From positions 42,526 through 106,525 of the forward strand of contig DATNFV010000063.1 of the NCBI GenBank assembly GCA_035606215.1: a stretch of DNA of 64,000 bases, in the 5' to 3' direction. Source of the stretch: Hanamia sp. Its GTDB lineage: Bacteria > Bacteroidota > Bacteroidia > Chitinophagales > Chitinophagaceae. The notes beneath the pieces are model-generated. The model saw only the letters and a list, made by a program, of their open reading frames with translations, did no database searches and was not told the origin of the DNA. Shown in pieces: positions 59,416 through 64,000 of the stretch (position 1 is the first letter of the stretch; the number at the start of each line of letters is the position of its first letter). The position numbers were made by a program, and so were the translations under genes.

Positions 59416-60819
59416 CTAAAGTTCAATATCCGCTTCATTATCCCAATCTTCACGAATACTCAATTTTTTCCTGATTGCTGTTACTTTTTCCGGCTGTTTT
59501 CTAAGGTGATAATTTCCGGGATCCCAGGTGCCATTGTCATTTTCATCGTCAAGAATCCGTAATTCATAATCCCCGGGGTTAAATAATTTTGCTGTAAATG
59601 TTGGTGAAGAAAGTTTGAAAGAATCGACTACTTTGTCATTCTGCACAAATTGCAAAACAGGATGAGAAAATTTCTGAAGATTTCTAAAATTTAATTTGAT
59701 ACTACCATATTCATTTTCTCGTTTTGTTTTAAAAGCAATAGTATCAGGTTTTAATAATTCATTTCCTGATGTATCAACAGCAAAATCTTTAGCGATGGTT
59801 AATTTATAATGAGTGTCTTCCGGCCATTTATTACTTACTGTAATCGATTTTTTTGTAGTATCGATTGATATTACAGCGGTTTGAACCGGATTAAATAAGG
59901 TATCTGTTAACTTGATCTTTGAAGAATCAAAATTCTTTAATGGTACCGTAAAATTAATTTTTAAAGGCGTCAGCAAATCCTGGATATTGCTGGAAAGAGT
60001 GGTTGTAAATTTCAAACCTTTTTCAGCATTTTTCTTATTATTTACAGGTGCCGGATTGGTCACAGGTTTTTCATTTTTTTCTTCAGAGTAAGCAAACAAT
60101 TCTACCGGTTTTACGCTTTTGGAAATATGAATAGCGCTGTCTGCAAACGCAAAAAGTTGCGAAGGATTATTATACATTTTCTGACCGCTTTCATCCTTCA
60201 AGGCAAATAAATGATAAGTGTCCTCGGCAAGATATTTAAATTGAAATCTTCCCGAAGAATCAAGCCTTGCAATATATCTTGGTTTCTCTTTATAAACCGC
60301 CGAATCGCCCAGGTTATTATACAGCAAGACAATCAGCGTGCTGTCAACTTTGCCGGTTTCTGCAAGCACCACATTTCCATTAAAAGTTAATGAATCAATG
60401 TAGGAACCGGTTGAAAAAACGTAGGTAAAATTTTTGATGGGATTGTTTTCATCAATATCCTGGATGGCGTTTCCAAACTGAAAACTATAAGTAGTATTTG
60501 GTTGAAGTGTATCCCGGATTTTTATTGAAACGGTCTTTAATTTTGAAGTAACATTCGGAATAATTTTTGGAACCGGAGAAACCAATAAATTCGTCTGTAA
60601 GTCCTGCAAATGAACATATTCATCAAAAGTAAAAGTGATTTTATTTCCTTCAAAATGAATCGTTCTGTTTGGTGGATTGGAATTTAATAAAACAGGTGGT
60701 ATTGTATCTTTTGGCCCACCGGTTGGCATGGCTATTTGTGCACAGCCGCTTCCAACAACAGAAAGAAGATAACAGAACGCGGCAAACGCCAAAATGATTA
60801 TCGAATTATTTATTTTCAT
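59416..60819 (-). CDS. Ig-like (Big_5) domain lipoprotein
   Basis: Lipobox GSGC, then AQ...PTGGPKDT.PP, FDEYV, D.N.NG.WDPG. Confidence 0.82.
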   Translation of the reverse strand: MKINNSIIILAFAAFCYLLSVVGSGCAQIAMPTGGPKDTIPPVLLNSNPPNRTIHFEGNKITFTFDEYVHLQDLQTNLLVSPVPKIIPNVTSKLKTVSIKIRDTLQPNTTYSFQFGNAIQDIDENNPIKNFTYVFSTGSYIDSLTFNGNVVLAETGKVDSTLIVLLYNNLGDSAVYKEKPRYIARLDSSGRFQFKYLAEDTYHLFALKDESGQKMYNNPSQLFAFADSAIHISKSVKPVELFAYSEEKNEKPVTNPAPVNNKKNAEKGLKFTTTLSSNIQDLLTPLKINFTVPLKNFDSSKIKLTDTLFNPVQTAVISIDTTKKSITVSNKWPEDTHYKLTIAKDFAVDTSGNELLKPDTIAFKTKRENEYGSIKLNFRNLQKFSHPVLQFVQNDKVVDSFKLSSPTFTAKLFNPGDYELRILDDENDNGTWDPGNYHLRKQPEKVTAIRKKLSIREDWDNEADIEL

Positions 60820-60881
60820 TTAAGAAGAGCAAACTTAATTTCTTTGTATGGATATTGTTTTTTCTTGTTCCTAAATAAAAA

Positions 60882-63800
60882 TTAAATCTCCTGTTCTTCT
60901 TCAATAATATCATGCAGCGCGATATGTAATTTATTTTCTTTTACAAAATTACACCAGGTACAGTCTTCTTTTCCGCAACCTGTATAAAAATCTCTTGCCT
61001 GGATCTTGCTCCAAACTTCGGTTATTTGTTGCTTTACTGTATCAATATCCTGTGGCTCAATATATATTTTCCGTTTCTGAAAACCTTTTGATTTGTCAGG
61101 CTCTACAAAATCAAATTCTGAACTCACCACTTTCCAATTTTTGTCGTCCACGTTATCAATTAAAATTTTGTAAAACACGGCCTGGCGCCAGTAATCGCCG
61201 CCATTTGGATTATCAGGATTTGGGGCCACCAATTTCTTCTTTGTATAATCACTGTTTACATTGCCGGTTTTATAATCAACCACATTAACGTCTCTTCCAT
61301 TAAATTCCATCTTATCAATTTTTCCTTTGATCGGAATTCCATTCACCACATTTTTTATATTCCTTTCAACGGCAACGATTTTATTGCATGTGGCAACGTA
61401 CTCATCATAATAATCAGCCAACACGATTTCGCCCTGTTCCATTCTTCTGTCAAAAGCTTCTTTCGTAAAATTTTCTCGATGCTTTTTCATATACCATTTA
61501 AAATATTCCAACACTTTTTCTTTTGAAGGGAATTGTTGTTGGGCATCTTTTTGCATGTCCTCAAAAAGCTTTTGCAAGGCGTAATGCACAGCGCTTCCAA
61601 ACTCAAGATTCTCCGATTTCCCGGCAGGAATCCGGATGATATTTTTAAAATAAAATCCAATCGGGCAATCAAGATAATTATTGAGCGAAGTAACATTCAT
61701 CACATATTTATCAAGAACAGAATTGATAAAATCTGCTTCGCTTTTTTCCAGTTCTGGAGCCTGCGGAACGAAATTTAAAATTTCAAATTCCATCAATTCG
61801 TCCTGTGTAAGATTTACCGGAGTTATTTCTAAATTATTTGCTTCAATAATTTCGGCCACAAACATCGAATGCTCTGCTTCTTTGCCGTCTGCTTTAATTT
61901 TTACAAAAGAAACAGAAAGATCTTTTTCCGCCCTTGTAAGCGCCACATAAAATAAACGACGCAATTCTTCAAGAGGATTGGAGGAAGGAAGTGAAGAAAA
62001 TAATGTATCAGGAAGTTTATATCCGTCACTGTTATTTTGTTTCTTTTCCCATAAATGCGCATTCATCCCTGTGATAAAAACATATTCATATTCAAGTCCT
62101 TTCGAACCATGAGCCGTCAATAAATTAACGCCCAAACTGTTGCCGGAAAATTCAATCAATGGCAAAGGAATATTTTCTTTTTCCATCAGATCTATAACGT
62201 CGATCAATCCCTGCAAATCAAGTGAAGGATTCCGTGCAGTAGCATCTTTTATAAAATCAAACAAAGCCGTAAGAAGTTGTAGCAGCCTGATTTTGTCATC
62301 ACTTTTCATAATGTAGGAAAGAACTCCGGCCTCAGAAATTATTTTTTCAAAAAGTGATTGAAGCGTAACATTGGAAACTTCCGTGATCAGTTTTTCAATC
62401 ATTTTACAAAAGCTTTTCAAAGCAGGATGAATGCCGACATCAAAAAGATCTTTTGCAAAAGCATTTGATTTTTCACACAACAGGCTTCTGATTGAACAAT
62501 GTTGATTACTGTAATTTTTTGCATTGGCTTCAACAGTTAATTTTGCAATTTCTATTGCAGGAATTTTGTAAAAATCATAATGCAGAATTTCAAATAAAAT
62601 TTCGTCTCCACCGTAAGGAATATCATGTTCAGCAGCAAGATAACGCAGGATAGAAATTATTTTTCTTATAAAAGCATCATCAAGAATGTTGATATTTCTT
62701 TTTGAATAAACGGGAATATTTTTGAGCCTGAAATATTTCATCAGTTGTTCTCCATAAATATTTTCCTTATAAATGATGGCGATCTTTCCCGGCTGAATGC
62801 CTTGCTCAATAAGCATTTTTACCTTGTTGGTAATATCTGCCATCTCATCTTTGATCGTATTATATTCTACAACAACAGGAAGCGAAGAGATATTTTTCAA
62901 TTCTTCTTTTGAACAAATCAATTCCTTGGTTAAGCCGGGAAATTTATAGATCAGCCTTTCCTTGTTATTGTCAATCAACGATTTTGAAACATCAAGAATT
63001 GGTTTTGTAGAACGATAATTATCACACAAAACAATTTTTAAAAGTTGATCAAAGCTTCCTGCAAAGTTTTCCATGTTCTCAATATTGGCGCCCTGGAAAC
63101 GAAAAATACTTTGATCATCATCGCCGACAACAAAAACATTTGGCTCATCCCAAAAGTCAATCAATAATTTTACAATTTCATTCTGCGTTCCGCTTGTATC
63201 CTGGTATTCATCCACAAGAATGTATTGAAATTTTTCCTGGTAGCCTGCAAGCACATTCTTATTTTCTTTAAAAACGCGTATCACCCAATTGATCATGTCG
63301 TCAAAATCATACAAGCTGTGTTGTCTCATCAGTTCCTGGAAATGATCAAACTCATTTACGGCTGCACACAATTTTTCCATTCGCTCCACATCAGCATAAT
63401 ATTCAGGTTTATAATCGCCAATTTTTTTTCCGGATTTTGCCTGGGGCTTTTTATATTTAAGGCTTTCATCGTTTTTAATTTTTTCAAGATACTGGTCAAT
63501 GCATTCCACAATATATTGTGGCGTCCATCCTTCTCTTTTCATGGAAGAAAAGAGCTTCTGCAAATTTTTTATTTCGTAATAAACATCGCCGCGGTATCTT
63601 TTTAATGGATTATTTTTTGGTAACTGATCAATGAGGGTTTTGTAAAGCTGAATTCTTTCCAGATCAGAAACCGGGTTCAATGCCGTTTTTTCAAACAGGG
63701 ATAAATTTTGTTGAATAACGTCATTACAAAAGCCATGAAAAGTATAAATGTTGACTTTATAAGAATCGGGGCCAATAAATTGGAGCAATCTTTTTCGCAT

Positions 63801-64000
63801 GGCAATAGCTCCGGCATCAGTATAAGTGAGGCATAAAATATTTTGTGGAAGAGTATCAGTTTCCAACAAAATTTTGCCAATCCGCGCCGCCAGGATTTGT
63901 GTTTTCCCGGTTCCGGGTCCCGCAATTACCATCACTGGCCCTTCAATCGTATCTACTGCCAGCCGCTGCTTTTCGTTTAGTTTCTGGTATTCGTCCTGGT
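60882..64000 (-). CDS. UvrD/PcrA-type helicase fused to a C-terminal PD-(D/E)xK nuclease; 5' end lies beyond the window
   Basis: Frame stays open to the edge (QDEYQKLNEKQRLAVDTIEGPVMVIAGPGTGKT); VDEYQD, GDDDQSI, NYRS, YVALTRA; C-terminal GKIDK...VVDYKTG. Confidence 0.93.
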   Translation of the reverse strand, partial: QDEYQKLNEKQRLAVDTIEGPVMVIAGPGTGKTQILAARIGKILLETDTLPQNILCLTYTDAGAIAMRKRLLQFIGPDSYKVNIYTFHGFCNDVIQQNLSLFEKTALNPVSDLERIQLYKTLIDQLPKNNPLKRYRGDVYYEIKNLQKLFSSMKREGWTPQYIVECIDQYLEKIKNDESLKYKKPQAKSGKKIGDYKPEYYADVERMEKLCAAVNEFDHFQELMRQHSLYDFDDMINWVIRVFKENKNVLAGYQEKFQYILVDEYQDTSGTQNEIVKLLIDFWDEPNVFVVGDDDQSIFRFQGANIENMENFAGSFDQLLKIVLCDNYRSTKPILDVSKSLIDNNKERLIYKFPGLTKELICSKEELKNISSLPVVVEYNTIKDEMADITNKVKMLIEQGIQPGKIAIIYKENIYGEQLMKYFRLKNIPVYSKRNINILDDAFIRKIISILRYLAAEHDIPYGGDEILFEILHYDFYKIPAIEIAKLTVEANAKNYSNQHCSIRSLLCEKSNAFAKDLFDVGIHPALKSFCKMIEKLITEVSNVTLQSLFEKIISEAGVLSYIMKSDDKIRLLQLLTALFDFIKDATARNPSLDLQGLIDVIDLMEKENIPLPLIEFSGNSLGVNLLTAHGSKGLEYEYVFITGMNAHLWEKKQNNSDGYKLPDTLFSSLPSSNPLEELRRLFYVALTRAEKDLSVSFVKIKADGKEAEHSMFVAEIIEANNLEITPVNLTQDELMEFEILNFVPQAPELEKSEADFINSVLDKYVMNVTSLNNYLDCPIGFYFKNIIRIPAGKSENLEFGSAVHYALQKLFEDMQKDAQQQFPSKEKVLEYFKWYMKKHRENFTKEAFDRRMEQGEIVLADYYDEYVATCNKIVAVERNIKNVVNGIPIKGKIDKMEFNGRDVNVVDYKTGNVNSDYTKKKLVAPNPDNPNGGDYWRQAVFYKILIDNVDDKNWKVVSSEFDFVEPDKSKGFQKRKIYIEPQDIDTVKQQITEVWSKIQARDFYTGCGKEDCTWCNFVKENKLHIALHDIIEEEQEI

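Overview
AT-rich chromosomal segment of a Bacteroidota bacterium, probably Chitinophagaceae-like. The assignment rests on TAnnTTTG promoter boxes, gldH, a T9SS cargo protein and batD. It holds about 50 mostly housekeeping genes, including amt, a TonB-receptor operon, radA, dksA, ileS, tsaE, ald, pheS, lpxD, alpha-2-macroglobulin, lysC, purD, pyrD, bshA, pdxA, recR and a UvrD-nuclease fusion. I see no rRNA, tRNA, CRISPR array, integrase or transposase. Three signals are not explained by the gene list. (1) Two orphan promoter/terminator units about 16.8 kb apart (5.1 kb and 21.9 kb) carry exactly complementary 17-nt segments, suggesting an sRNA/anti-sRNA pair. (2) A GC-rich REP-like hairpin family and two other micro-repeat types sit in frame inside ileS, pheS and the macroglobulin gene. 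(3) A third structured, terminator-ended RNA candidate lies behind a sigma54-like promoter at 12.3 kb. All product calls come from motif recognition by eye; no database searches were run.
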